Shown here in pieces: positions 1 to 15,353 of a stretch of DNA of 64,000 bases. Origin of the DNA: the human T2T-CHM13v2.0 reference genome, Homo sapiens; the NCBI RefSeq assembly GCF_009914755.1, contig NC_060926.1, one strand, 5' to 3'. The notes below the pieces were generated by a model. That model saw nothing but the letters and a program-made list of their open reading frames with translations, was not told the origin of the DNA and did not search any database. A program made the position numbers and the translations under genes. Each line of letters starts with the position of its first letter. Position 1 is the first letter of the stretch.

Positions 1-1006
1 CATAGCTAATCAGGTATGAGATGGGTCAGGCCTAAGTTTTTAATCAGCCACCTCTCACAGACCCATAATTCCTGGAACATAATTAATTGCTGATTAATTA
101 CACTGATATTTTAAATCTATCAAGAGCTCAATCTTAGCAAAAGAGGGTTTCTTGCTTTGAATCTGATGCTTCACGTGATGTTTTTGACCAAATAGCCATG
201 TGAAAATTATGTTAATCATAGGTTAGAAATAAAATTACAGTTTACTAGCAGATGGAGTGATAATTGTATAGTTTATACATCATTTAAAACTCCTGTGGAG
301 AGAAAAGTGCTGACTGCAATGAAAAATGACATTTCGAGAATTTTTGGTAAAATCTACATAGTTCACAGGAGAAAGCTCATTCTTTTAAGTTCCTTGTATT
401 TTTCTTGCCCTTTAATAATGTGCAGACACAGGCTGGCTTTCCCTAAAAATCAAAGAAACACAATCATCTACCTTTCCTGTTATACTAATGCTATAATGCT
501 AGCGCCTTAAAATTTCATGAAAAATGAAAAGTGAAAACTTTTGGCAGCCCATTTATTTTCAAATTATTTCGGTAGCATGGATAAAAATAGGAATACTGTA
601 TGTTACAATATCATATCTCTACATACATGAAAACAAAACTATGCCAAAAGCTCAGTTATATGTAGCTCATTAAGGCCCAGATTCTTTTCAGATCTAAGAT
701 ACAGCATTAGAAGAAAATGACTTAGAGATGAGTAAATCACCGGTTATTACAAGAAGTTTCCAAAAGCTGTGTTGCTGCGGTGAAACCTGCTAAAAACAAG
801 GTGACTCATGCTGTTGTTTAGAAGCTGGATGACAGAAACCCATTGGAGTACGCTAATTTCCCTCACTTCTCACACCCCAGTTACAAACTCATTACATTCA
901 GGGAATGCAGCATTAAGTTATTTGAGAACTGCTACTTCCCAGAGGATTCAATGAGGTAGAAATTAGTATAAAGGACAAGGGAGACTATTCTCTGTTATTT
1001 AGATCT

Positions 1007-1775
<769 letters not shown>

Positions 1776-4050
1776 TCAATTTAAGTTCTTTAGAAGAGAG
1801 GGAAGGCTATATGGTAGAGCTCTAAATAGTCTTAACAATTAGAACTATAAGCAGAAGCAACGAAGATTATCTCTTCCTTTAGGATGACATTTAGTAGTTT
1901 GCATCATTATCAAGAATGAGTCTCCTTGACAGAATTCCTCTCTCTCTCCTAGAGACCACTACTGTGGCTAGTGTTGTACTGCATCAGGGTTATTCATGAA
2001 TACTTTTCCTTCATATTCTCTTTCTTAATGCCAGCACAGAACTTTATTCACAGTGGGATTTAATAAATGGGATGAAATTAATGTATATTTCTATATGGGT
2101 TTATCTGGTCACTTTAACAAGAAGCAGGAAGTGTTAAACCAAGAAGCAGGAAGTGTTAAACCAGACCAGGATTCTGATAATCAAGTACAGGACCTAAGGA
2201 GAAGAGGGAAGTTACAATTCCAGGTGCTAAAGAATCTTTTTTGTTTACTAAGGGGTAGAGTAAGAGTGGGGTGTTCAGAGAGCAGGATCAGGTTTTAGTC
2301 TTAGTCCATCCTGCATACCACATCATTTCACGTGCTCACTCAAAAAGGGTGTCTATTTTAAAAAAGGAACACTAAAGAGCTAAGTTATTTTTAAATTTTT
2401 ATTATGGAAGATTACAAACCTATAAAAGTAGAGAAAACAGCATACTGGCTTCCCTTTCCCTCATTCACCTATCATCCAGATTTAATAATTTAATACTTAT
2501 TGTTTCATAGCCAATCTTGTTTGAGTCAATACCTTCATCAGCTTCTCTAAGAGGTAAGAATTTTTACCATAATGCTATTATTGCCTAATGATGATAGTAT
2601 TAAGTGAGGCAAAAAGAATAAAAGGTTTGATCCAGGGTAAGATTTTTATATTTCATATTATTAAAGATGGAAGGTGTGAGGAAATAAAATATTTGAAGGA
2701 TGGAAGGAAATGATTGACTTTAAAATGAAAGAGGCATTCTGGGGAGTTCTAGGGCAAGTGAAGAAGATGGGCTCAGGTGGCACGAACACTGGCTAGCTGG
2801 CCACAGAGAAGTGGGCCAAGGGCCAGAGGGAGCAGATAAAAAGAGGGTAGGTGTGACCAAAAAAGGTTAACTAGCTTTAGATAGGAAAGAAAGGTAAAGA
2901 GGTAAGTTCACAATGGTAAGGCCACTGAGAACCTACACTGCTTTTACAGGTTAGAAATTTATATTAATTTTCCACATAGGTTGTGATCTATCTGAAGTCA
3001 GTATCTTATATTAGAACAGAGCAATGACAAGTCCTAACAGCCAGTTTGCAACGGGATGACATATAACTGATGCTAAGAACACACGATTGCTTCAATAAAG
3101 ACCAAGCTCAACCTGTTAACCTCCTTTATATAGCTCTAAAAGTGTCAATAAATTGAGCTGAACTACTCCATTCCCTTGCAGTACACTGTCAAATATGGTT
3201 GAGATTCAAAAGAGCCTCATCAATAATTTGAAAACATCCCACTCCTCCCCTTTAAATTCTATTTTTATCTTGGATTCTAAATGCATTTATAGTACTGATG
3301 AAAAAAAATATACATCTAGAAGGTTCACTTCTGAAAAAGGTACTCAATCAAGAGAAAAATGGTTTTAATGTAATGTTATTATCCTGTCATTTAATTTAGC
3401 AATGACAAGTGATGATGAGATTTTGATTTGCATTAGAAATCTTAAACATCTTAGGATTCTGTTATGAACAGGCAATGATGAGTAATCTGTGTGATTGAGT
3501 AACTATGTGAATTCTTGGCTTACTGATGCTGCTACAAACAACACTCAGAGCAACCTGAAAAAGAAAAAATATACCATGTGGCTAAAAACAGGCCAAATAA
3601 CTTGATTAGTAAGACTGTCACTAAAGAAACTTATGATTTCCACTACATCTATACTTAGATCTGGGTTACAATTCACTGGTTTGAATCAAGTGTAATTTTT
3701 ATTACTAACTGTGAGAATTCATTTAAAAATCACCAGATTATTACTGGGATGTATATATATATGTGGGGGAAGGGCAAAATCATGGGTACAGTAGGTGTGT
3801 TTGATGTGGGAGCAGATGGCTGGGATTTAAACTCATTTCTAAACAACTTCTATTAACACAAGCATTGTATTAATTCAGTGATCACTGAAATTCTTCACTC
3901 TTTTGGTATTTTACTAATTTCTCCTCTTTTTCTTCTGCATCCTTCCCCTACTCTTGTCTCTTTCTTCCCTTAACTGTAGACTTTCCCTGCATGAGGACAG
4001 GGACCAAGTCTGTCATGTTCTCCATTTTATGCAATGTGTCTGTCACTTGA

Positions 4051-4479
<429 letters not shown>

Positions 4480-4761
4480 TGAGGATGTGGAGGTGTTGAT
4501 TAGGGAAGCAGGGGGAGACTGGCAGGGATGACTGGGCAACTGTCCGACAATAACAACTCCATATTTTACCAGATCTTGCCCACTGCACTCCCAGTATCAG
4601 CAGCATTCCTCTTCCACAAGCAAGAACTGTAACTAGAAGTCATATATTCCTTCATTCATGCACTAATTCAACAAATGTTCATCACTGTGTCCTGATGTAT
4701 CTCCTACAAGGCAAAATCAACTTGTTGACAATGGCATTAAACCTAACCCTGATGCAAGTAA

Positions 4762-5406
<645 letters not shown>

Positions 5407-7189
5407 GATTTATGTTATTTAAAAGGAAAAAGATATAGGTATATGTTCTCCCATGATATGTACATGCATAAAAAGTGAAAAGTTAAATGACAGGTATTCA
5501 CAAAGAAAGGTGGGGACTAAAAGTTTGTGTGTTATTTTATATTCTTATGCACATAAATACATACGACAAGAATATTTTAGTGTATTATACGATACCACTT
5601 ATCACTACATCAGATTCACGTGGCCTCTGCCTCATTTACTAGCCACCAGTTCTTGGTGGGCACCAGCTGGCTTCTCGCAGGTGTCACCTAACAGAGCCTT
5701 ACTGAATGCTGCTCTCATTCCACCCCTGGGCTTCTGTCTCTTCAGACTGTCCTGAAGGACTGAGCAGCCAGTGGTCAACTTGCAAATGTCAAATACCTTT
5801 GTATACGCTCTTCCTTCTTCCCTGTCCCCTGCTCTTGACTCGGGGGTTATAGTGCTAACTGACTATGTGCACTTAAGCCTCTGTCTTAGGCTCTGGTTTC
5901 TGTTAAACCCAGACTAAGACAGTTTATGGCGGATTTAATTTTTTATAAAGTAAATAAACTGAAGAGTGGAGAGAGCAACTAGGAAGTTAGTTACAAACAG
6001 GCAGAAGCATTTCTGAATTATAAATCCTAATTTAATTTGAATGAGACTTTCCTATCTTTCTTCCTTATTGAAATCATGAAATTATGTTCAGGTTCAAGAA
6101 AGCATCTGCACAAAGCACCGTCTCCTGGGATGAAAGCATTACTATGATTTGTTCTAATTAAAAAAAAAAAGAGGTTTAACAGAGTGTCAAAGACAGAAAA
6201 ATTAAATTGCTCAAATTAAAAAGAAAAGGAAACAGTATTAGTAGAAATACATTGTTACTACCATTTAAAGGTAAAAATAGTGTAAATTTCTGAATGAGGG
6301 AGAAAACCTGAACAGAGAAAACCATGCCTAAGAAATATATTTGAATTTAAAACAAATTCATAGCTTTTAAAATGCCACAATGTCTTCAGGTTGGACTGAA
6401 AGGAACAGTGATAAATGTTCATACATGGCCCCAGTCTTCCCTGCCATGAGAGGCCACGTGGTTAGAGCCTGGGTGTGCCAGGCAGGAGGCCTGAGCCACT
6501 TACTGATTGTATTACTTTTGACAGCTTTTCCCTCTTTGAACCAGCTTCTTCTCTTGCAAAACAGGTTTAATAATACTTGTCAACTCCTTAAATGCCTGGG
6601 TTTTGTGCTCTGAGTTAATTCACTGACAGGTGTTACCAGAACAACTTATCAATTGCTTTTAACTTCTTGACAATGATGTGGTTTTTACAGATTCTCAGAG
6701 ATTATTCGAACCAAAGGAAGGAATGACCCGGTAATAGGGGGATGAAAAGTCTTTCAACCAAAGAGGTCATGCTAATATTGGCTTCAGCCAAAAGTCACCA
6801 AATGTGTTGCTTTTTGGCTTTTGCACTGATCTTTTCTCCTTTTGGCTGCAAGCTTCTGACAACAGAAGCCTCTATAACAGGAGATTGTACTATTAATTAT
6901 TACCCAATTAAAATTCATTACACTAATTTATTATTCTTACTGCCTGTATTCTTCAACCATATTTATTCTTCTCAGCATTTGTATATGCCACATTTAAAAG
7001 GCTGAGAGTAATTTCAAAATCAAGTGAGTGACATCTATTTCTACCTCTGTAAAAAAATCTCCCAACTAAAAATTCATTCTATGTTCCCTAACCCTTCATT
7101 TGCAGACGTATATGTTATTTATTTAAGGTAATGAAACATAAATTATGCTTTATGCAGTTTTTAACTGATTTTGATTACTAACCCATATC

Positions 7190-7463
7190 TTTTTTTTTTA
7201 AGAGACAGGGTCTTGCTCTGTTGCCCAGGCTGGAGTGCAGTGGTACAACCACAGCTCACTGTAACCTCGAACTCCTGGGCTCAAGCAATCCTCCTGCCTT
7301 GGCCTTCTGATTAGCTAGGACTACGGGGGCACACAACCATGCCCAACTAATTTTTTTTTTGTAGAAATGGGGTCTCGCTATGTTGCCCAGGCTACTCTTG
7401 AACTCCTGGCCTCAAGCAATCCTCCCACCTTGGCCTCCCAAAGCACTGATATTACAGGCGTGA
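7190..7463 (-). mobile_element. AluJ
   Basis: Antisense Alu with the J-type ctcctgggctcaagcaatcc motif. Confidence 0.88.
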
Positions 7464-8194
7464 AACTCATATCTTTTCCTAGCTAAAATGTCTGCGACTA
7501 AAATGTCATTTTGTCTGAAGATGCAGCTACTCTGGAATTTGTAGAGTGGACAAACAACACTCTAGCCAGAAGTGACCAGCCTTTCACAATGTCATATCCT
7601 TGAGCCCTATTTATTTAAAACTTACTTATGTGTGAAAAAGTGTACCAGGCAATGAGAGAGACAATAAAGATTAGTACATATGGTCTTCTCCCATGTTACA
7701 GTCTTACAGGGCTGACTTCATTCACATCTCTGCTCAAATGTTACCTCTTTAGAGAGGACTTCCCAGACCACCTTATAGGAGACACTCCCTTCTTAATATA
7801 ATTTTTAAGTATTGACTCATTCATTCTGAGAAAAAAAAAACCAGGTTTTTGAATCAGAGACAGCATTTAAATACTTATACTTTAGTTCTCCAGTCCCCCA
7901 CAAGGTTACATGATAAGAATAACTCCCTAATAGTAAATTTTGGAGCCTATATAGGACATTTCACACACAGCTGCTGCTCCTTCTCCCCTCTGGGGTGGGG
8001 GAAGAAGCAGCATGCATCACCTGCACATGACCTACTGACCTTTGCTTTGTAAACAAATCCTCTCAGGGAGAGAAGGGGAGGGTCTCTAGGTTTACAACCT
8101 TCAGAAGGAAAACAAATTATCTTGGGGAGAAGTCTCTGAATCTCTCCACAGGTCTTTAACTTCCAAGGCTTGTTTGCCATTCAAACATTCTTTA

Positions 8195-8532
<338 letters not shown>

Positions 8533-8726
8533 TCAGAAAGTCCTGATCATGCAGAAACATGAAAACATTCATGAAGCATTGCTTCCCAACAATTTTCTTC
8601 ATAGCAATATCACTACATGACATTACAATACTCATTTCCTTCTTTTCCTGCTTTCTTTTGGATTAACTGTATTCCATTTTACGTTCCCTGTTTGTGTGTT
8701 ATATTCTACCTTCCCTTCTCCTCCTC

Positions 8727-8868
8727 CTTTTTTTTTTTTTTTTTTTTTGGTAGAGACAAATCTCAGTAAGTTGCCCAGGGCTGGTCTTGAACTCCTGGCC
8801 TAAAGTGAGCCTCCTACCTTGGCCTCTCAAAGTGTTGGGATTACAGGCATAAGTCACCATGCCTGGCT
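8727..8868 (-). mobile_element. Alu monomer (FLAM-like)
   Basis: Single Alu arm with a T-run. Confidence 0.75.
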
Positions 8869-8879
8869 GATTTTTTCCC

Positions 8880-10390
8880 CTAGTATTTTAAAAGTGGTTG
8901 ATCTAGGGTTTACAATATGCATCTTAAACTGATCACACTTTATTTTCAAACAGTACCATACCACTTTACTTAAAAATGTAATCTACTTTACATATTCTTC
9001 CATTTCCCCTTCCTAACCTTTGTGCTATTGTCATACATTTTACTTCCACATGATGTAAACGTCACAATACTGTTATTACTTTATTAATTTTAAATGTCAA
9101 TTGCCTTTTAAAGAAATTGAGAAGTGAAGAAAAAGTCTTTGTATTTACCCATATATTTACCATTTCTGGGGGTCTTCATTCCTTTGGGTGGATCTGGGTT
9201 TCCATCTGGAATCATTTTGGTTCCACCTAAAGGAACTTCCTTTAACATTTATTATAGTGTGAGTTTTCTGGTGATAAATTCTTTTATTTTCCTAAAAAGT
9301 CTTTAGGAAGTCTTTATCTTTCCCCTTTATATTGGAAAGATATAGAATTCCATGTTGACAGTTTAGTTTTCAAGCACTTTAAAGATTTTATTTTCTTCTG
9401 ACTTGCATCTTGTTTCTGACAGGAAGTCTGCAATCAATCTTTGTTCCTCTATATGTAATGTGTACCTTTTTTTTCTTAACCTCTGGATGCTTTTAAGAGT
9501 CTCTGTTTATAACTGATTTGCAGGAATTTGATCACAATGTGCTCTGATGTAGTTTATATCATGCTCATCCTGCTGGATGTTCATTGTTTGCATAGTTTGC
9601 ATCAAGTTTAAAAAATTTCAGCCATTATTTTTTCAAACGCTTTTAGTGCCTCTCTGCTTCTCTCTCCTTTTATTCTTAGACTCCAGTGACATATATGGTA
9701 GGCTGTTCCACAGGTCACAGACACTGTGCATTTTTTTTCTCTGTGCTTCAGTTTAGATAATCTCTTTTACTAGTTTTTCAAGTTCACTTATCCTTTCTTC
9801 TGTCATGTTCACTCTGCTATTAGGCTCATCCAGTGGATTTTTTATTTCAGATATTGCATTTTTCATTTTTTAGACCTGGAATTTGGTTCATCTATAGATC
9901 TTCCATTTTTCTTCTGTTCATCTTTTTCTTTAAATCACTGAGCATATTTGTAACAGGTCTTTTAAAATCCCTTTCTGGCTGGGCATGGTTGCTCATGCCT
10001 GTAATCCCAACATTTTAAAAGGCTGAGGTGGGAGGATTGTTTGAGCTCAAGAGTTTGAGACCAGCCTGGGCAACATAGTGAGACCTTGTCTCTACAAATA
10101 ATTTAAAAATTAGCTGGGTATGGTGGCGTGCACCTGTGGTCGCAGCTACTTGGGAGGCTGGGGCAGGAGGATTGCTTGTGCCTAGGAGGTTGAGGCTGCA
10201 GTGAGCTCTGATTGCACCACTGCACTCCAGCCTGAGTGACAGAGTAAGACCCTGTCTCAAAAAAAAAAAAAAATGCCTTTTTGCTAATTCCACCATCCCT
10301 GTTTTTCTGTGTTTATTTTGACTGAGTGGTTTTCTCCCCACTCTTGGCTATAGATCACATTTTCCTGATTCTTTGCATGTCTAGTGATCT
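8880..10390 (-). mobile_element. Old L1M fragment interrupted by AluJ (+, 9977-10272)
   Basis: T-rich antisense L1M-type motifs (gtttctgacaggaagtctgc, tcaagttcact, ttcagatattgcattt); Alu dimer with A-tail inside. Confidence 0.7.
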
Positions 10391-12054
10391 CTGGATGCTC
10401 ACTAGTTACTCCAACATGGGCAGAAGTAAATATTTTTGAATGAACGGTCTACAGCTTAAAAGAAATTATATTATAGAAAGTTGAGATGACAGATGCCTAG
10501 GTACATAATAAATAATACAATGGGGTGAGAACAGGGCAAAAGTGCTATGTATGACAGAGGCCCAAGGGAAAAAGTAAGCCAGTTATGAAATTTCCGAATT
10601 GAAAATGAAGTTATGTGACGGGAGTCTTTATAAACTTAGTTGGGAATATGGTCAGAAAAATGGGGACAAAAAGGGGCACATCCTTTTTATTCTTCCAGTA
10701 TGGCATGGAGGGCTGAGTATACAAGGTGTCAGGAGAGGCTTATCACTCAAAATATTAAACATACACATAAAAATTAAAATACTACCTAAGCTCAGCAAAT
10801 CTTTTTGGATAATTATATATATATACTTCCTTCCAGCTGAGATCAGTCCTAGAGGAAGAAAAAAGGTTGGATAGGGAGGTGGGGAATGAGCTAATTTTGG
10901 AATTAGAGATTGCAAGAGGCAAGGGCAGGCAAAATGTATATGTATGTATAGGGGATTAGGAAGTGGGGATTGGACAACTATTTTGGATGGCAAAGGTATG
11001 TGTACAAGAACTGGAAAGTGGGAAAATCAGAATGCTGAAAAACAGAGCAGAAAGGGTTTGGTGGAACAAAGTCATTTGTCAAAAGTTCCTGATGAACTGC
11101 TTTTAAATCCACTGAAGACAAGAAAAGTATGCATTTGTAAAATAATAAAAATGACAGTGACAAATAACTACAAAACCAATATTTTATTTTCTATTTTGCC
11201 AATTAATTATAGTAAATTTTAAATTCCAGAATGACTTCTGTCACTACATTATAATTATCTGGGTTACATCTTTTTGCCATCTGCTGGTGTAGTTTAAAGA
11301 AATAAAAACAGATTTTAATTTTATCCTAAGCAAAATATAATTAGAAGGATAAATCAGCATAAGACAAAATAATGTAATCTGGAATCAATTATTAAATTTT
11401 AATTTATCTACTATTTTTGGTGATCATATATAATCAAGAACTCATTATGTTATTTTGAGCTTAACAATATATTTGTAAGATGATCTAGGGTAGGCATTAT
11501 CATCATCTGTTTTAGGGAAAAAGTGAGAGTTCAAAAGGTATTGGCTTATCAAAAAAACACATAGCTGTTAGGGGTTGAGCTAATTTTTAATTCAGCTCTT
11601 CTGACTCCATTGCTATAGTTTTTAACCACAATATGCTACTTTCTTTGACAATTGGTATTCTTTCAATTTTGACTATAATGTTGGATATTCAATACATAAA
11701 ACACACAAATATTTACTTAACAGTCATTTATATAAGAGCATAAGAAACAATAATTCTATACTAAAAACAACCTATATTTCATCCCTTTCCACCACTTCTT
11801 GTTTTGAGTGTGTCACTAGGTGATGTTACACAGGAAAGAATGGTGGCTTTCCTCGTGGTCTCTTGACACTGTTCATTCTTAAAATCTTACTTGTATTTCA
11901 AATATCTTTGCATAGCCTATTCTTTATGCCTGAAAGTTCTTTCCTTTGCTTCTCAGCTGAGCTAATCCATTCAAATCCTTTAAAATTCAACTCAGACAAT
12001 CATCTCCTTTGGGAGTCCTAATATAGTAAGTCCAATTGAAATAACTAATACATT

Positions 12055-12290
12055 AATAATGGCAGATATTTCTAGAGGACTTATTATATGATAAATACTG
12101 CACTAAACACTTTATAACTATCAATTCACTTAATCATTACAATAACCCCATGAGAAAGTTATTATTATTTTGATCCTATTTCACAGATAAGGAGAATGAA
12201 AATCAGAGAGATTACAAAACATATCCATGTTCACCCAGTAGAAGATGGCAGGGCCAGGATTCAAAGCAAGGTTGATCTGACTCCAAAACT
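12055..12290 (-). mobile_element. MIR
   Basis: cctatttcacagataaggagaatgaaaatcagagagatt core. Confidence 0.6.
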
Positions 12291-12671
12291 TACAAAATAT
12301 TATCCAGAAATGTACCTAAAGCTCCTTGGACCTATTTATATTTTAGGATTTTATAATTTATTGTGTAATTTTTATTTAATAGTAATTATACTTCTGAAGA
12401 ACACTGGTGTTCTTCAAGCTGAACCAAGATGCTGAGACAGCAAGGCCAAATAATGGTGCTCCTTTCCTACTTAATTCAGAAGGCATTAAGTGAATGGACA
12501 CTATGTTATCAAATTTAACTTTTCTTCTTAAACCCGAGTGCAGTATTCTTTATGTAACCTATAGTCTAGCAGAAGAGAGCATACAATTTCATGGGAAGTA
12601 TGAATATAGTTAACTTAAGCTTAATGTTCTGTGGTATTCCACAAAAAGTGTGACTTACCTGTGCTCTACAG

Positions 12672-15353
12672 CAGTGGTCCCCAGCCTTTTTGGCACCAGG
12701 GACTGGTTTTGTGGAAGACAATTTTTCCAGGGACCAGGGGGAGGAAATGGTTTTGGGATGATCCAAGCACATTCCATTTATTGTGCACTTTATTTCTATT
12801 ATTATTACAGTGTAATATATAATGGAATAATTATACAACTCATCATAATGTTGAATCAGTAGGAGCCCTGAGCTTGTTTTCCTGCAACTAGACGGTCCTA
12901 TCTGGGGGTGACGGGAGACAGTGATACCTGAAGTGTGTTGTTTATGTCCAGTCTACTCCATAATCTCGTTTTGGTTGCTGTTACTGCAGAAAACTCTGCT
13001 TCACAAAGATAGGGTGTTGGAAATGGAAGCAAGCTTTTCAGTGCTTTTGGGGCAGTCTCTGGATATTATGCCTTGACTTCAATCCGGACTGTGTGAAGAT
13101 TTGAAGCTGTTTCAACATACTTTTAAGGCCACCGTCATTTGCGATCTCAAGCAGTTGGTCCTTTTCCAGCACGGACAAAGTCGATTCACCTTGGCTTATC
13201 CACAAATGGGCTGCAGATCCATTCCTTCCCAGTCTGGGGGGTCTTTTGTGGTTGGGAAGTAATGCTCAAACTCCTTTAAAAGCTGAGATAGGTGATCATG
13301 CACCAGCTGGGGGAAAGAAGGCCCTGGTTCAGTCTCTTTCAAAATATCTGCTAATGTTTGAAACATGTCAGAAATCCCCATGTTCACTTGTCACCCCCAT
13401 AATTCCAGTTTGGCTTTGAATGCAGCCCCTTTATCTGACAATTTGAACACAGTTGTCATTCTCCCCTGAAGTGACAGATCGAGTTCGTTGAGCAGGTTGA
13501 ATATGTCACACAAGGAAGCCAGGTTTGCAACCCATTCTGTGTCACTGAAATGTGCTGCCAGTGGTGACTGTTTTTCTAAAAGAAATCTCCGGAGTGGCTC
13601 TTGTAACTCAAAAACTCTGATCAGTGATCTACCTTTAGAAAGCCATCTCACTTGTGTGTGTGAGAGAAGACATGTGTGCACTGCACCCACCTCCTCACAG
13701 AGCTGTGCGAAGAGACGTGAGTTAAGGGCATGTACTTTAACGTGGTTGATAATTTTAATCACATCCTGCAAAATGCTGTTAAGTTCAGGTGACATTTTTT
13801 GGCTAGCCAGCATTTCTCTATGGATGACATGGTGTGTAGACTCACATTCAGAAGCAACCTCTTTGATGTGAGTAGTGAAACCAGAAGCTGTCCAGCCATG
13901 GCAGCCACTCTGTCCATGCATATACTCACACAAAATGACCAGTTCAGTTTTCCTGACATGTAATCACGCAAAGACTTGAACAGTTCTGCAGCTGTGGTGT
14001 GGGCTGGCAACAAAAGTGCACATAACATATCCTCATGCACATCCTCCTGAAAAATACATTACACAAAACAAGCATTGTTGCCTTGTCAACATCGGTAGAC
14101 TCATCAACCTGGACTGCGTATCACAGTGACTCATTAATCCACTCTAACAATTGTGCCTCAATGTCCTCTGCTATTTCATCAATTTGTCTAGTTATGGTGC
14201 CAGCTGAATGAGGAACTTGTGCCACCTTTTTAACTGCAAGATCTCCTAAAAGTTCAAGACAAATGTCCTTAGCAGCAGGCAGGGTCAACTCTTCACCAAC
14301 AGTAAAGGACTTCTTAGCTTTAGCAATGCATTTAGCCACTAACAATGATACTCTCAGTACAGACACATTTGATGAAGCTGTGGCCTTCAATGATTGCTTC
14401 TGTTCTTCGTGTTCACTAAAACAAACAAACAAACAAACAAAAAAACCCAAAAGCTTGTTTTTTAATGCGAGGTGCTTGGTCTCCATGTAGCAAAGCAGTT
14501 TTGAAGGTTTCATGGCTTCGTTGGATAGCTAGTTACCACATATTATACAAAGCAGGTTCAATGCACCCGTAATTTAAATAGGACTCTTGGTATTTTCTTT
14601 TAAATGCAGCTTTCATTTTGTTGCCAGTCTTAAAAGTCTTCTGCTGTCTCATCATTGGGTCTTTCCCCCCTTTTCAAAGAAGCTCTCCAGTGACGTTTAT
14701 TTTTTACTAATTTGGCTAGGATTAGCTCATGGGCTTACCAAAACTGTGACTGAGACAAGTGTGCAGTGTGAGAAAGAGGCATGGTAAATAAAATAATGGG
14801 TGGGCCATGTGTGGGCTAAAATAACTGTTGGATTCTGACTTAAGGCCTGCTACCAGATGCAGCTGTACAACTGAAGTACATCAACTCACTTGCCACTATA
14901 AAGTTAAGCCTGCCACCAGATACAGCTTAATTGTCATTTGCCACTCACTGATAGGGTTTTGATATAAGTCTGCAAGCAGTTGATTTATGATGGTCTCTGT
15001 GCAGTCAAACCTCTCTGCTAATGTTAATCTGTATTTGCAGCTGCTCCTCAATGCTAGCATCAGTGCCTCAGCTCCACCTTAGATCATCAGGCGTTAGATT
15101 CTCAAAACCAGTGCACAGCCTAGATCCCTTGCATGTGCAGTTCACGATAGGGTTCACGCTACTATGAGAAACTAATGCTACTGCTGATCTGACAGGAGGT
15201 GGAGCTTAGGAGGTAATGTGAGCAATGGGGAGTGGCTGTAAATACAGATGAAGCTTTGCTCACTTGCCTGCCACTCACCTCCTGCTTTGCAGCCTGGTTC
15301 TTAACACACCACAGATCAGTACTGGTCTGTGGCCCAGGGGTTGGGGACCCCTG
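12672..15353 (-). mobile_element. Full-length hAT DNA transposon, Charlie3 type (MER1-like ends), with decayed transposase
   Basis: TIRs CAGTGGTCCCCAGCC / CAGGGGTCCCCAACC; perfect 8-bp TSD ctctacag at 12664-12671 and 15354-15361. Minus-strand ORF pieces (14121-14513, 13759-14040, 13391-13933, 13196-13387) carry Buster/Charlie motifs QVDESTD, VIHRE, VRWLSKG, YLCEAEFS. Confidence 0.92.

Noticed and set aside
795-815. AP-1 site TGACTCA at 802-808 as an enhancer
   Set aside because: A single 7-mer is expected by chance several times in 64 kb.
13391-13933. 180-aa ZBED5/SCAND3-like ORF as a domesticated transposase gene
   Set aside because: It is one fragment of a transposase broken by frameshifts and stops, inside intact TIRs and TSD, with the CxxH motif altered.
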